DNA from: a virus
Taxonomy: Duplodnaviria > Caudoviricetes
Strand: one strand, 5' to 3'
Virus record (IMG/VR): IMGVR_UViG_3300044960_000525
Coordinates: 1-63,192 of that record
DNA: 63,192 nt
Positions 1 to 8,769 of this stretch are shown here, in pieces. Under the pieces are notes generated by a model. That model was not told where the DNA came from, did not search any database, and saw only the letters and a list, made by a program, of their open reading frames with translations. Within the stretch, counting starts at the first letter, position 1. Each line of letters begins with the position of its first letter. A program made the translations under genes and the position numbers.

Positions 1-126
1 CTATGCGTACCCGACGCGGCGGGTTCTGGAAGTTTGGGAGAACGTCGTGCGCACGCCTGTTCGGACACGATAGGGCATCACCTTGCGGCTCTGGCGGGCT
101 ATGAGCACGGGCTGACCCCCTCCCCC
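1..126. repeat. Terminal direct repeat, left copy (identical to 63057-63182)
   Basis: 126 nt exact match read by eye; the next 10 nt differ at 3 positions. Indicates circular assembly overlap or terminal redundancy. Confidence 0.95.
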
Positions 127-134
127 TCCCCCAC

Positions 135-180
135 GAACCGCTCTCAGGGCTTCTGGTGGGGCTCCCAGGACCTTCTGGGG
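135..180 (+). repeat. Dispersed phased motif, copy A (degenerate)
   Basis: GAACCGCTCTCAGGGCTTCTGGTGGGGCTCCCAGGACCTTCTGGGG resembles copies B-F. Confidence 0.6.
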
Positions 181-454
181 GCCCCCTCCCCCCTCGTTTT
201 CCCCCCCCAATAATTGCCCTCTGTGCGCATCTGTGCTGCGGCGTCACGGGGGGCGGTCCCCCCCTCATTTTTCCCAGTCCCCGACAGGTTTTCCCCTACC
301 GATGGGCACAGATGGGTCCCCTTTCCCTCAACCGACAGGGCCTTTTTCTTCAACCGATGGTGGCCTTCGGGAACCGACAGGCCTTTCGGGGAAACGACAG
401 GCGTCCCCCCGGCGCTGTGCAACGCGGCGATGGCCCGTGGGCATTATTCGGCGG

Positions 455-835
455 CCAATTATTCATCGCCTCGGCGGCCAATTATTCATCGCCCGGCACC
501 GAATATTCTCTTGTTCCGGCGGCGCTGTCATTCATCGCTCAGCGCCGAATATGTCTCGTCACGCCAACAATTATTGGTATCATCTTCTCGCCAATTTTCC
601 GCTTCGCCGTCAACTATTATTCCCACACCAATAATTGTTTTCCCGCCAATAATTATTCCCATGCCAATTATGATTCTCACGCCAATAATTCATTCCCCCG
701 TCAATTATTATTCCCACGCCGTATTCTCACGCCAATAATTATTTCCCCGCCAACAATTATTTCCCCGTCAACAATTATTCCCACGCCAATAATTCATTTC
801 CACGCCAATAATTGTTCCCACGTCCCACCAATAAT
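455..835. repeat. Degenerate ~18-bp tandem repeats (CGCCAATAATTATTCCCA-like)
   Basis: More than 10 imperfect copies, densest at 605-830; AT-rich cores in a GC-rich genome; no credible ORF. Confidence 0.85.
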
Positions 836-1225
836 CCGCGCTGATACTCATTCTCCCCGCCCGCCTGAAAAAAGAAGATTCCAATATTCCCCCAGAAACG
901 CAATCACGATATTCCGGGAAGATTCCCAATATTCCCAATATTTCCGCAATCACAATCGTCACAATGCGGGCGTGGCCCCGCGCACGCGGCGCTCCCACGG
1001 ACGGTGGCCTGAGCGCCGTGTTCCATGCGCCGCCGGGTTTCTACTGCGCCGCCATAATTCAACCATGGCCCTGTGGGGCGTCGTACGTGCCGATACGCTC
1101 TTGCCGCTGACCGAACGGCAAACCGAACGGCAAGGGGTGGGCGATACGAGGATGGTACGAGGATCGCCGGGGACGCCGCCGGAGACGCCGCCGGGGTGGC
1201 CGCTCCCTCGCCGCTGCCGCTGCGC

Positions 1226-1298
1226 CGCCGTCGCGGCGCTCCCTCGCCGCCGTCGCGGCGCTCCCCGTGGCGCCGTCGCGGCGCTCCCCGCGGCGCTC
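1226..1298. repeat. Three tandem copies of CGCCGTCGCGGCGCTCCC
   Basis: Copies at 1226, 1248 and 1271. Confidence 0.85.
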
Positions 1299-1361
1299 GG
1301 GTGCGGTGACGCGCGGCGACGGTGCGGCGACAGGGACGCGAAAAAAAGTTTTGGGAACCTG

Positions 1362-1390
1362 TTGACAAAACCTAAGAAGCGTGCTATACA
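1362..1390 (+). promoter_or_regulatory. Sigma70-type promoter
   Basis: TTGACA-N17-TATACA with TG just upstream of the -10. Confidence 0.75.
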
Positions 1391-1430
1391 GAGGATGCAG
1401 GGAAAACACAGCGAAGGGGAGGGACGAACG

Positions 1431-1706
1431 ATGAAGAAGACGAAGAAGATTGCGAAGGGGAAGGGGAAGGTGAAGGTCGCGAAGGGGAAGGGGAAGGTCG
1501 CGAACCTGAAGGAACGGGAGACCACTTCGTCGCGGTCCCGAAAGTGGATCGCGGACGTTGACGCTCGGTTCGTGTTCACCGTCCCGTCCGCGTACAGGAA
1601 CGCGCGGGACGTGGAAGACTATTTGAAGTCCGCGATCGTGTTCCTCCAGAAGCAGTTTCCGGGGGAGAAGATCGTGTTTAGGAAGATTGCTCCCCTGGAG
1701 GAGTAG
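1431..1706 (+). CDS. Small basic protein with Lys-rich N-terminus (AKGKGKV x2)
   Basis: GGAGG RBS before ATG 1431; own promoter and terminator. The upstream part of track ORF 156..1706 is repeat-derived. Confidence 0.8.
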   Translation: MKKTKKIAKGKGKVKVAKGKGKVANLKERETTSSRSRKWIADVDARFVFTVPSAYRNARDVEDYLKSAIVFLQKQFPGEKIVFRKIAPLEE

Positions 1707-1717
1707 GTAGTTCGCGC

Positions 1718-1758
1718 GGAGGAGAGGAGAACGATTCCTCTCCTCCTTCTTTTTTTTT
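1718..1758 (+). terminator. Rho-independent terminator
   Basis: GGAGGAGAGGA-loop-TCCTCTCCTCC followed by a T-run. Confidence 0.85.
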
Positions 1759-1985
1759 GCTTTTTTGGGGACGATACACGCGCCCACGAGCCCGTTGCAG
1801 AGAGGCGCCGCGGAGGGTTCATCGAGGCCCCGAGGAACGCGGTCCTAGAAAACAAAAGGGGGGCGCTGCGGAGAAAAAGGTCTGTGGGGAGAAGGCGCTG
1901 CGGAACGGGCGCTGGAAGGGGCGCAGGGATGCGCCGAATAATCATGTGCGAGGCCGTGCGGCGGGGGGCGAGGTGTACCCCCTCC

Positions 1986-2122
1986 CAATATATACGGCAT
2001 CCCTCGTACCCTTTTTCTCTCTCCCTCAATATATACGACATCCCTCATCCCCTTTTTTCTCAATATATACAGTATCCCTCATGCCCTTTTCCCCAATATA
2101 TCCGACACCCCCATGCCCGTAT
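1986..2122. repeat. Four tandem 33-41 bp repeats (CAATATATACGRCATCCCTCATRCCCTTTT)
   Basis: Copies start at 1986, 2027, 2061 and 2094, just upstream of TTGACA at 2132. Confidence 0.85.
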
Positions 2123-2180
2123 TCACCCCTCTTGACACGTCTGAGATACTCTACATAGGGAAAGGAGATGAGGGGAGACG

Positions 2181-2495
2181 ATGAAAGCCGGACGAGTCGA
2201 GTATGCGCGTGCGCGAGAGCGGAACGAGAAACTCTTTGAGAAATATCTCAAGGGGTATACGTACCGCGAACTCGCTGACCTGTTTGCGATTAGTCACAAC
2301 CGCGTGATGCAGATTGTGCAGCGCGAAGTGTCCCGACGCGCGGGACAATCGTATGCGCAGAGCGGGATTCTGCAAAAAGACAGGGACTTGAAGCGTCATC
2401 GGGATGCCATGCGAGCCGCGAGTCAGAAAACGGGACTGTCCCATCAAACCATTTCGCGGGTCTTGCGCGCGTATCTCGGAGCGATGTCCGCATGA
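2181..2495 (+). CDS. HTH DNA-binding protein (sigma region-4/Mor-like), possible late regulator
   Basis: GYTYRELADLFAISHNRVMQIV HTH; second HTH-like segment ASQKTGLSHQTISRVL. Confidence 0.7.
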   Translation: MKAGRVEYARARERNEKLFEKYLKGYTYRELADLFAISHNRVMQIVQREVSRRAGQSYAQSGILQKDRDLKRHRDAMRAASQKTGLSHQTISRVLRAYLGAMSA

Positions 2496-3085
2496 AAGTC
2501 CATCTGGTCCCGCTCACGACGATCAAGGAGATGCCGGGGAACCCGAGGAAGATTACGAATGAGGAACTCAAAGCGTTGATGCGGTCGTTGCGGAAATTCG
2601 GGATGCCGCAGCAAGCCATTGTCTTCAAACCGCGCGATCCGAGCGATGCGGAACATGAAAACGAAGTGATTGGGGGACACCAACGGATCAAAGCCGCGAA
2701 AGCGTTGAGTCAGCGTCCGCCATCGCAATGGGGAAAAATGCGAAAGTATCTTGAACGTGGTGTCGTTCCGGTCTCGTATTGGACAGGGTCGTATCGAGAA
2801 GCCCGAGCCCTCAATGTCGCGCTCAACAAAATCGGTGGCGACTTCGACGTGGATAAACTGGGAGAGTTTCTGTCGGACCTTGCGAATGACCAGTTGATTC
2901 GTGCGACAGGATTTACGGACGAAGAATTGGCTGCGTTGACCGAACAATTGGGTCAGTATACGCCGAAACTTGCGCCGGGGGAGGTGAAGGACATGGAGAT
3001 TGCGGTGGAGGCCCAACCCATTCGACCGCGGGAGCCGAAGAAGATTCGATGCCCGAAGTGCGCGCATCGGTTTTCTCTCTCGTAG
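2492..3085 (+). CDS. ParB/Srx N-terminal domain protein with C-terminal CxxC
   Basis: NPRKIT...SLRKFG...IGGHQRIKAA...ALNKIGGDFD motifs; CPKC at the end. Confidence 0.85.
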   Translation: MKVHLVPLTTIKEMPGNPRKITNEELKALMRSLRKFGMPQQAIVFKPRDPSDAEHENEVIGGHQRIKAAKALSQRPPSQWGKMRKYLERGVVPVSYWTGSYREARALNVALNKIGGDFDVDKLGEFLSDLANDQLIRATGFTDEELAALTEQLGQYTPKLAPGEVKDMEIAVEAQPIRPREPKKIRCPKCAHRFSLS

Positions 3086-3092
3086 AGGAGTG

Positions 3093-3269
3093 ATGACGGT
3101 GATACAGTATGCGAACGATCGGTGTCCGCGATGCGGACAGACCGTCACCGAAGGGTATGTGTCGGTCTCCATTCCGTTTGCCTTCAAGTGGCTGTTCTTC
3201 ACGTTGACGAGAACGGTGCGTGTCGAATATAGTTTCCGATGCGGATATATGAATATTACGGTTGTCTGA
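3093..3269 (+). CDS. Small Cys-containing hypothetical protein
   Basis: GAGGAG RBS; CPRC motif. Confidence 0.55.
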   Translation: MTVIQYANDRCPRCGQTVTEGYVSVSIPFAFKWLFFTLTRTVRVEYSFRCGYMNITVV

Positions 3270-3282
3270 GGAGGACAAGCCG

Positions 3283-3528
3283 ATGGTGCTCGACGTGTTC
3301 ATCAAGATCATGCTGGCACAAGGAGCCCTCGCAGCCATTGAGTGGGCGCTCGCGAATCTCGTGAATCTCTCGCTTCCGACGGTCTGGTTCCTTCCGCGGG
3401 AGTGGATATTGATGATGTTGGGGGCCGCGCTCACCGCGCTTGCGACGTGGGTGCGAAACCAGACCCCGACGCTGCGTCAGACGCAGCCCACCTTCATCGT
3501 CTGGCGTATTTTTGGGATCGCACGATAA
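3283..3528 (+). CDS. Small membrane protein (holin-like)
   Basis: GAGGAGG RBS; two hydrophobic segments. Confidence 0.6.
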   Translation: MVLDVFIKIMLAQGALAAIEWALANLVNLSLPTVWFLPREWILMMLGAALTALATWVRNQTPTLRQTQPTFIVWRIFGIAR

Positions 3529-3589
3529 CGACAGATCGTGGGACCGAGGCCATTCCCGGGTCTCGGTCCCACGTGGATGGAGGTGACGC

Positions 3590-4585
3590 ATGAGCGAGTA
3601 TGACGACGCGCAGCGTGTCCTTCCGTTGCGGTCCTCGATGGTCTACAAGGGAATCGGCTATAAATATGTCAATGGACAAAAAACAGAGACGGTCGCGGTC
3701 GTCGTCGGGGTGGAACAGAAAAAGCCTCGTGCCCAGGTGTCACCGCACGAGATGATCCCGACCACGATTGATGGGATTCCCACCGATGTGCAAGAAAATC
3801 CGCCGATTCGCGCATGGTCGGGTCGTCCGATGACCATCGCGCACAGTCACACCGCGCGTGTGCGTCCCGTTCCCCCCGGAGTGTCCATCGGTCACGAGCA
3901 GACGACCGCGGGTACGCACGGAGGATACGTACAGTACGGGACAGACACCGCGTGGTATGGGCTCTCCAATAATCATGTGGTGGCCAATGAGAATCGTGCG
4001 CAGCGGGGAGATCGCATTTATCAGCCGGGACCCTACGATATTCCGGAGCAGACCCCAGACGCGGAGACGTATACGATTGCAACGTTGGAGACGTTCGTGC
4101 GTCTCGGTCCGTCAACGTCGGGATGTTTGTGGTGGCCGTTCACACGTCGTCAGGAACGCCGTCAGCCGTATCCCAATCTCGTGGACGCAGCGATTTATCG
4201 GATGCGCACACAAGATGATGTTGAGTTGGCCATCCAGGGGAGTGGACGGGTGGTGCGCGGGATTCGGGATATGGTGCTCGGGGATCGCTGCTACAAGGTC
4301 GGACGCACGACCGGCTATACCGACGGCGTCGTCGAAATCGTGAATATGGAGATACCGATTCACTACGACGCAGGCGTGTGGAATTTTGTCGATCAATTGG
4401 GGATTCGTCATCGCACGAATGGGGAGATGTTTTCTGCTCCCGGGGATTCGGGAAGTTGGGTCCTCTCCCATGATGATTATTTTGGAGCCCTCCTCTTCGC
4501 CGGGGGAGGCGGAGTCACGATCGCCAATCCCGTTGCGCATGTCGTGGCGCTGCTCGGGGTTCGTCTCCCTGCGCAGCGGGTGTGA
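3590..4585 (+). CDS. Trypsin-like (S1, Nal1-like) serine protease
   Basis: Triad motifs SNNHVV, VDAA and GDSGS; KVGRTTG; N-terminal prodomain-like region (IPTTIDGIPTDV). Confidence 0.85.
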   Translation: MSEYDDAQRVLPLRSSMVYKGIGYKYVNGQKTETVAVVVGVEQKKPRAQVSPHEMIPTTIDGIPTDVQENPPIRAWSGRPMTIAHSHTARVRPVPPGVSIGHEQTTAGTHGGYVQYGTDTAWYGLSNNHVVANENRAQRGDRIYQPGPYDIPEQTPDAETYTIATLETFVRLGPSTSGCLWWPFTRRQERRQPYPNLVDAAIYRMRTQDDVELAIQGSGRVVRGIRDMVLGDRCYKVGRTTGYTDGVVEIVNMEIPIHYDAGVWNFVDQLGIRHRTNGEMFSAPGDSGSWVLSHDDYFGALLFAGGGGVTIANPVAHVVALLGVRLPAQRV

Positions 4586-4642
4586 GGGGGTGTCTGGGGG
4601 GGGTTCCGTCTTCCCCCCTCTCTTCCCCCTCCCTCCCCCCGA

Positions 4643-4675
4643 GAAATCGCTCCTGGAGCCTCCCAGGGGCTCTGA
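4643..4675 (+). repeat. Dispersed phased motif, copy B
   Basis: GAAATCGCTCCTGGAGCCTCCCAGGGGCTCTGA preceded by G and C runs. Confidence 0.8.
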
Positions 4676-4685
4676 CGAGGACGCT

Positions 4686-5438
4686 ATGACGCATCCCGTG
4701 GTCCCCAATCTCCCCTTCTGGCGCTCCCAAATCCCGTCGGTGCGTCCGACGATGCTGGGGGAGTTTCCCGATCAACGCGATTTGATTATGTTCGTGCAGC
4801 GTGGACATCGCACAACGTATCAGGGACCGGAGAAATCGTATATTCTTCGATGGGAAGGACGATGGCCGGCGATCAAAGCAGAACGACTCTATATTTCGCT
4901 CTTTGTTCCCGATCCATTGCTCGAAGAGATTTGGGCGGATTTGCGGACGTGGACACGTCAAGTCAAACACTACAACGCATACGCGGTGATGGGCGTGAGT
5001 TATTCGGTGTGGGTGGATGATCCGTTGCCGGTGCAACTCTATAATCTCTGGCGGGTTCGATTCACCGAACGGTATCTCCAAGATCATGGGGTTCGCGTGA
5101 TTCCCACGCTGGATTGCAGTCCTATCCTTCGAGAATTGACGGTGGCGACGTTGCCTCCGTATCTCCCTGCGGCGGCGATTGATATGCAAGTGTCCATCAA
5201 ACAAGGCTCAGTCGCCGCGTTGTGGTGGCAAACCTATGGCGCGTACCTTGCGGATACGATTCGGATTGATGCGCTATTTTTCAACGGTATCCAATCGCGC
5301 GAGAATCGCCTTCAGGTGCTCAAACAAGGGGTCGCGGCTCGTCATTTATTTGGGTCATGGGGGTACGACTATCGTGAATTGTTGGCGAAAAAGCGATTGT
5401 TGCCACGGGTGCCGACGCAGAGGAGATTTACTACATGA
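4686..5438 (+). CDS. DUF4417-like protein
   Basis: FVPDPLLEEIW...YSVWVDDPLPVQLYNLWRVRFTERYLQDHGVRVIPTL resembles the DUF4417 core as I recall it. Confidence 0.7.
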   Translation: MTHPVVPNLPFWRSQIPSVRPTMLGEFPDQRDLIMFVQRGHRTTYQGPEKSYILRWEGRWPAIKAERLYISLFVPDPLLEEIWADLRTWTRQVKHYNAYAVMGVSYSVWVDDPLPVQLYNLWRVRFTERYLQDHGVRVIPTLDCSPILRELTVATLPPYLPAAAIDMQVSIKQGSVAALWWQTYGAYLADTIRIDALFFNGIQSRENRLQVLKQGVAARHLFGSWGYDYRELLAKKRLLPRVPTQRRFTT

Positions 5439-6421
5439 TTTATCGTCCCGCATCATCGCATTGTGAATTGGAATACTGGCAAATGCGCGCTCGTGATTTT
5501 TATGCGCGGAGCGGTCATGCGCTCGTTGACGAACTTGAACGTCGGTTGGCTGCGCTAGAGGGGAGTCGAGGCGCAGTAGCGACCGCATCGGGGATGGCCG
5601 CCTTGACGATGATTCTCGTGGGACTCCGGTGCAATCGTCGGACGCATCTCTGGTCGCACGATGGGGCGTTCCCGCAAACGAATGAACTCTTGTGGTTGTG
5701 GGGGAAGATGACGGGCTGTCGGGTCTCGCAAGTCCCGACCCTCCCGATGCGGATGTCGAAAACGCGTAGAAACATTGTGTTTCTTCAATCCCCACGGTCG
5801 GATACGCTGGAATCCTTTTCCCTTGCGGATACGATTGCTGCACTCCGCGCGGATGATCCCGCGGTGACGATTGTTGTCGATAATTCGATTGTCACGTCGC
5901 TCCGTGAACGGCCCCTTCACTATGGGGCGGATATTGTCTGGGCATCGGTGAGCAAGTATTATTCGGGACACGGGACGGTGTTGGCTGGAGTGGCGTACTC
6001 GAACGATGAGACGACGCTGCATACGTGGAGAATGGATGCGCGCTATTTGCTTGGACTCATTCTTGGACACCAGGCCGCACGCGAGGCATTGCAAGGACTA
6101 GAGACATTGGCTGTTCGTCTAGAGCAGAGTACCGCTCATGCGCAAGTGCTTGTTGATGAACTCCGCACCTATCCGTGGGTCACGCATCTGCAGCATGTCA
6201 ACAGTTTGATTGCGTTTCACTGTGCGGAGGCGGAATGGGTCGTCAATAGTCTCCAGAAATTCGATCTGAGTGTGCATTGGGGTCATGTGCGGAGTACAGC
6301 GGTCTACGATATGTGGGCGGATCGGATTCGGTTGAGTATTGGTCTTGAATCGCCATCGGAGTTGTTGGCTGATCTTCGACAAGCATTTGCGCGGAATTTC
6401 TTGACACGCGAGGTACGATAA
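5435..6421 (+). CDS. PLP-dependent Cys/Met metabolism enzyme (cystathionine gamma-synthase/lyase family)
   Basis: ELERRLAALEG, ASGMAAL, VVDNS, GADIVWASVSKYYSGH (PLP lysine) and IRLSIGLE motifs. Confidence 0.9.
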   Translation: MIYRPASSHCELEYWQMRARDFYARSGHALVDELERRLAALEGSRGAVATASGMAALTMILVGLRCNRRTHLWSHDGAFPQTNELLWLWGKMTGCRVSQVPTLPMRMSKTRRNIVFLQSPRSDTLESFSLADTIAALRADDPAVTIVVDNSIVTSLRERPLHYGADIVWASVSKYYSGHGTVLAGVAYSNDETTLHTWRMDARYLLGLILGHQAAREALQGLETLAVRLEQSTAHAQVLVDELRTYPWVTHLQHVNSLIAFHCAEAEWVVNSLQKFDLSVHWGHVRSTAVYDMWADRIRLSIGLESPSELLADLRQAFARNFLTREVR

Positions 6422-6481
6422 CCATGGATAGTCAACGATGGGCAGCAACGCCTAGTCTCTCACAGAAGGAGGACGACACGC

Positions 6482-6592
6482 ATGAGTGGTGGAGCAGGGG
6501 GTCGGCGTGGTGGTCGGCGTCGGCGTGTGAGAACGGGAACGGCTCGACGCGGTGGTGGCGGGCGGCGCGTAGCGATTCGTCGGCGTCCGTAA
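6482..6592 (+). CDS. 36-aa Arg/Gly-rich protamine-like peptide (not in ORF track)
   Basis: AAGGAGG RBS at 6466-6472; MSGGAGGRRGGRRRRVRTGTARRGGGGRRVAIRRRP; followed by a terminator. Confidence 0.75.
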   Translation: MSGGAGGRRGGRRRRVRTGTARRGGGGRRVAIRRRP

Positions 6593-6613
6593 CGTCTCAA
6601 CGAACGTCGCACC

Positions 6614-6645
6614 GAAGGGGACATGGAGATTCCATGTCCCTTTTT
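6614..6645 (+). terminator. Rho-independent terminator
   Basis: GGGACATGGA-GAT-TCCATGTCCC-TTTTT. Confidence 0.85.
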
Positions 6646-6659
6646 CATCGTGATGAACC

Positions 6660-7280
6660 ATGACGCGGCGACGAACGGCGGTCACTCCAGATCAACTCGC
6701 GTTTGCGAAATCGCTGTATGTCTTCGGGATTGAAGACGAGAAGGGGAAGCGTGTCTTTCCGACGCTCCGACGAGTCGCTAAGCGCACAAAAATTCCTGTG
6801 CGCGTGTTAATTGAACACGCTCAACATGAAGATTGGCTTCAAGAACGCGGGTTTGCTCACGAAGAGTTTTATGTGCGGATGAAAGAGGAAATGCTGCAGA
6901 AACTCGTTGAAAAAAGCATTGAACTTCGGACACGACTTGCAGATGGCGCACGGGTAGGTATCAATATTGTGACCGCGCGACTTGGACTGATTGCGCGAGA
7001 AATGACCCAGGATCAGCATTCGACACCGAAAGGCGCGAGAGGGTTTGAATTGCGAGATTTGGGAATGGCGCTTGAAACATTCAAGCGTATTGGTCTCGAT
7101 TCGCTAGGAGATAATATGGCAGAAGAATTTACCTGGCGAGATTTGGTCACTCAAGCCAAAGGGTATCGTCAGGATCATGAGGAGCAGGATCGTGAAAAAG
7201 AAGACACCCCCCCTGTGGCCGAAAGAGCGTCCCCTCGTCGTCGCACCGTACTACAGCGGTCGCGCGCTGTCGAAGGATGA
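6660..7280 (+). CDS. terS: Probable terminase small subunit
   Basis: N-terminal HTH-like segment, helical body, position directly before TerL. Confidence 0.65.
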   Translation: MTRRRTAVTPDQLAFAKSLYVFGIEDEKGKRVFPTLRRVAKRTKIPVRVLIEHAQHEDWLQERGFAHEEFYVRMKEEMLQKLVEKSIELRTRLADGARVGINIVTARLGLIAREMTQDQHSTPKGARGFELRDLGMALETFKRIGLDSLGDNMAEEFTWRDLVTQAKGYRQDHEEQDREKEDTPPVAERASPRRRTVLQRSRAVEG

Positions 7281-8769
7281 CGCGGCACTCATCCTGCAGC
7301 GGTCGCTCACGAATCCGGAGTTTTTTGCTCGAACGATTCTCGGTGTCTCCCTGTGGAAAACGCAGAGCGAGATTCTCAAAGCCACGTTGTCAAATCACAA
7401 ACGGGTAGCGGTAAAAGCCTGTCACGCGTCCGGCAAGTCGTTCGTGGCTGCCGTGATTGGGATGACGTTTGTGCATTTGAATATCCCGAGTGTGGTGGTG
7501 ACTACGGCTCCCACGCTTCGTCAAGTGGGAGCGGTGTTGTGGAAAGAGATTCATCGCATTTATCGAGGCGCACGAAAGCCCCTTGGGGGTCGGATGTTGC
7601 AGATGTCGTATGCGCTGGCCGACGATACGTTTATGATGGGATTGACCACCGATGATCCCAATAAATTCCAGGGATTCCACTCAGAAAACATTCTTGTCAT
7701 TGTTGATGAAGGACCGGGGGTTGAGGAAAATGTGTACGAAGCCATTGAAGGCGTCATGGCAGGAGGAAACGCGCGACTCTTGCTCCTTGGCAACCCTACG
7801 TCGCTCGAAGGGTCGTTTTATCGCGCATTTAATGATCCGGCCTATTCGCGTTTGTTCTACAAATTCACGATCTCGGCGTTCGACACCCCAAATGTGGTTG
7901 CGAAGAAAGAAATTATTCCGGGGCTGGTAACGCATCAATGGGTGAAAGAGCGACAAGCGGTTTGGGGCGTCGATCACCCGCTGTATCAAATCAAGGTCCT
8001 TGGGGAATTTCCTGGACGCGAATTCGGCGATCTTGTGATTCCACCAATTTTCATTGAGCGCGCGTTCAATGTCACGCTGAATCCGCTTCCTGACGATCCG
8101 GTCATTCTCGGTGTTGATATTGGTGAATTGGGAGGAGACGAAACGACATGTGCGCTTCGTCGCGGTCAGCGATTGTATTGGACAAAGGGATGGATTGACG
8201 CGACGCTCCCTCAGACTGTTCAACGCCTTCTTTCCATCATCAATGAGTATAAAGTCAACGAAGTCCGCATTGACAAGATTGGTGTTGGGGCTGGGGTCTA
8301 CCAAATGTTGAAAGAATTGGAAAACGAAGCCAAAGGACGATGGCGTGTGGTCGGGATTGATGTTCGTGAGAAACCTGTCAATGACGCCAAATACTACGAT
8401 TGTCGGTCAGAGATGTGGTATGAGTTTCGAGAGAATCTGCGCCATGATCGCATTGATCTCTCACAATTTATCAAGCAGACACGGGATAGCGACATTACCA
8501 TTGCCCAACTAACAACACCGAAGTTTCAACCGATGCCAAATAGTGGTCTCATCAAAGTGGAATCAAAAACAGAAATGCGCCGACGTGGTGTCGGGTCGCC
8601 AGATCGGGCCGATGCGGTTGTGCAAGCCTTTTATGATAGTTATGTGAGCAAGGAACCTATTGTGAACATCGGGAGTCCTGCGCAAATTGAAGCCATTATG
8701 AAGCAACCAAAGTGGACGGAGAGCGGAGAGGGGGGTCAAGCGCCGTGGCTAAGAACCCCATTCATGTAA
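7192..8769 (+). CDS. terL: Terminase large subunit
   Basis: Walker A ACHASGKS, Walker B VIVDE, LLGNP, nuclease LGVDIG and SPDRAD motifs; start at GTG 7192 (GAGGAG RBS) or ATG 7177. Confidence 0.95.
   Translation: MKKKTPPLWPKERPLVVAPYYSGRALSKDDAALILQRSLTNPEFFARTILGVSLWKTQSEILKATLSNHKRVAVKACHASGKSFVAAVIGMTFVHLNIPSVVVTTAPTLRQVGAVLWKEIHRIYRGARKPLGGRMLQMSYALADDTFMMGLTTDDPNKFQGFHSENILVIVDEGPGVEENVYEAIEGVMAGGNARLLLLGNPTSLEGSFYRAFNDPAYSRLFYKFTISAFDTPNVVAKKEIIPGLVTHQWVKERQAVWGVDHPLYQIKVLGEFPGREFGDLVIPPIFIERAFNVTLNPLPDDPVILGVDIGELGGDETTCALRRGQRLYWTKGWIDATLPQTVQRLLSIINEYKVNEVRIDKIGVGAGVYQMLKELENEAKGRWRVVGIDVREKPVNDAKYYDCRSEMWYEFRENLRHDRIDLSQFIKQTRDSDITIAQLTTPKFQPMPNSGLIKVESKTEMRRRGVGSPDRADAVVQAFYDSYVSKEPIVNIGSPAQIEAIMKQPKWTESGEGGQAPWLRTPFM

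Noticed and set aside
156-1430. 516-aa ORF 156..1706 and other ORFs in the end region
   Set aside because: Low-complexity translations of DNA repeats; the promoter and RBS point to a start at 1431.
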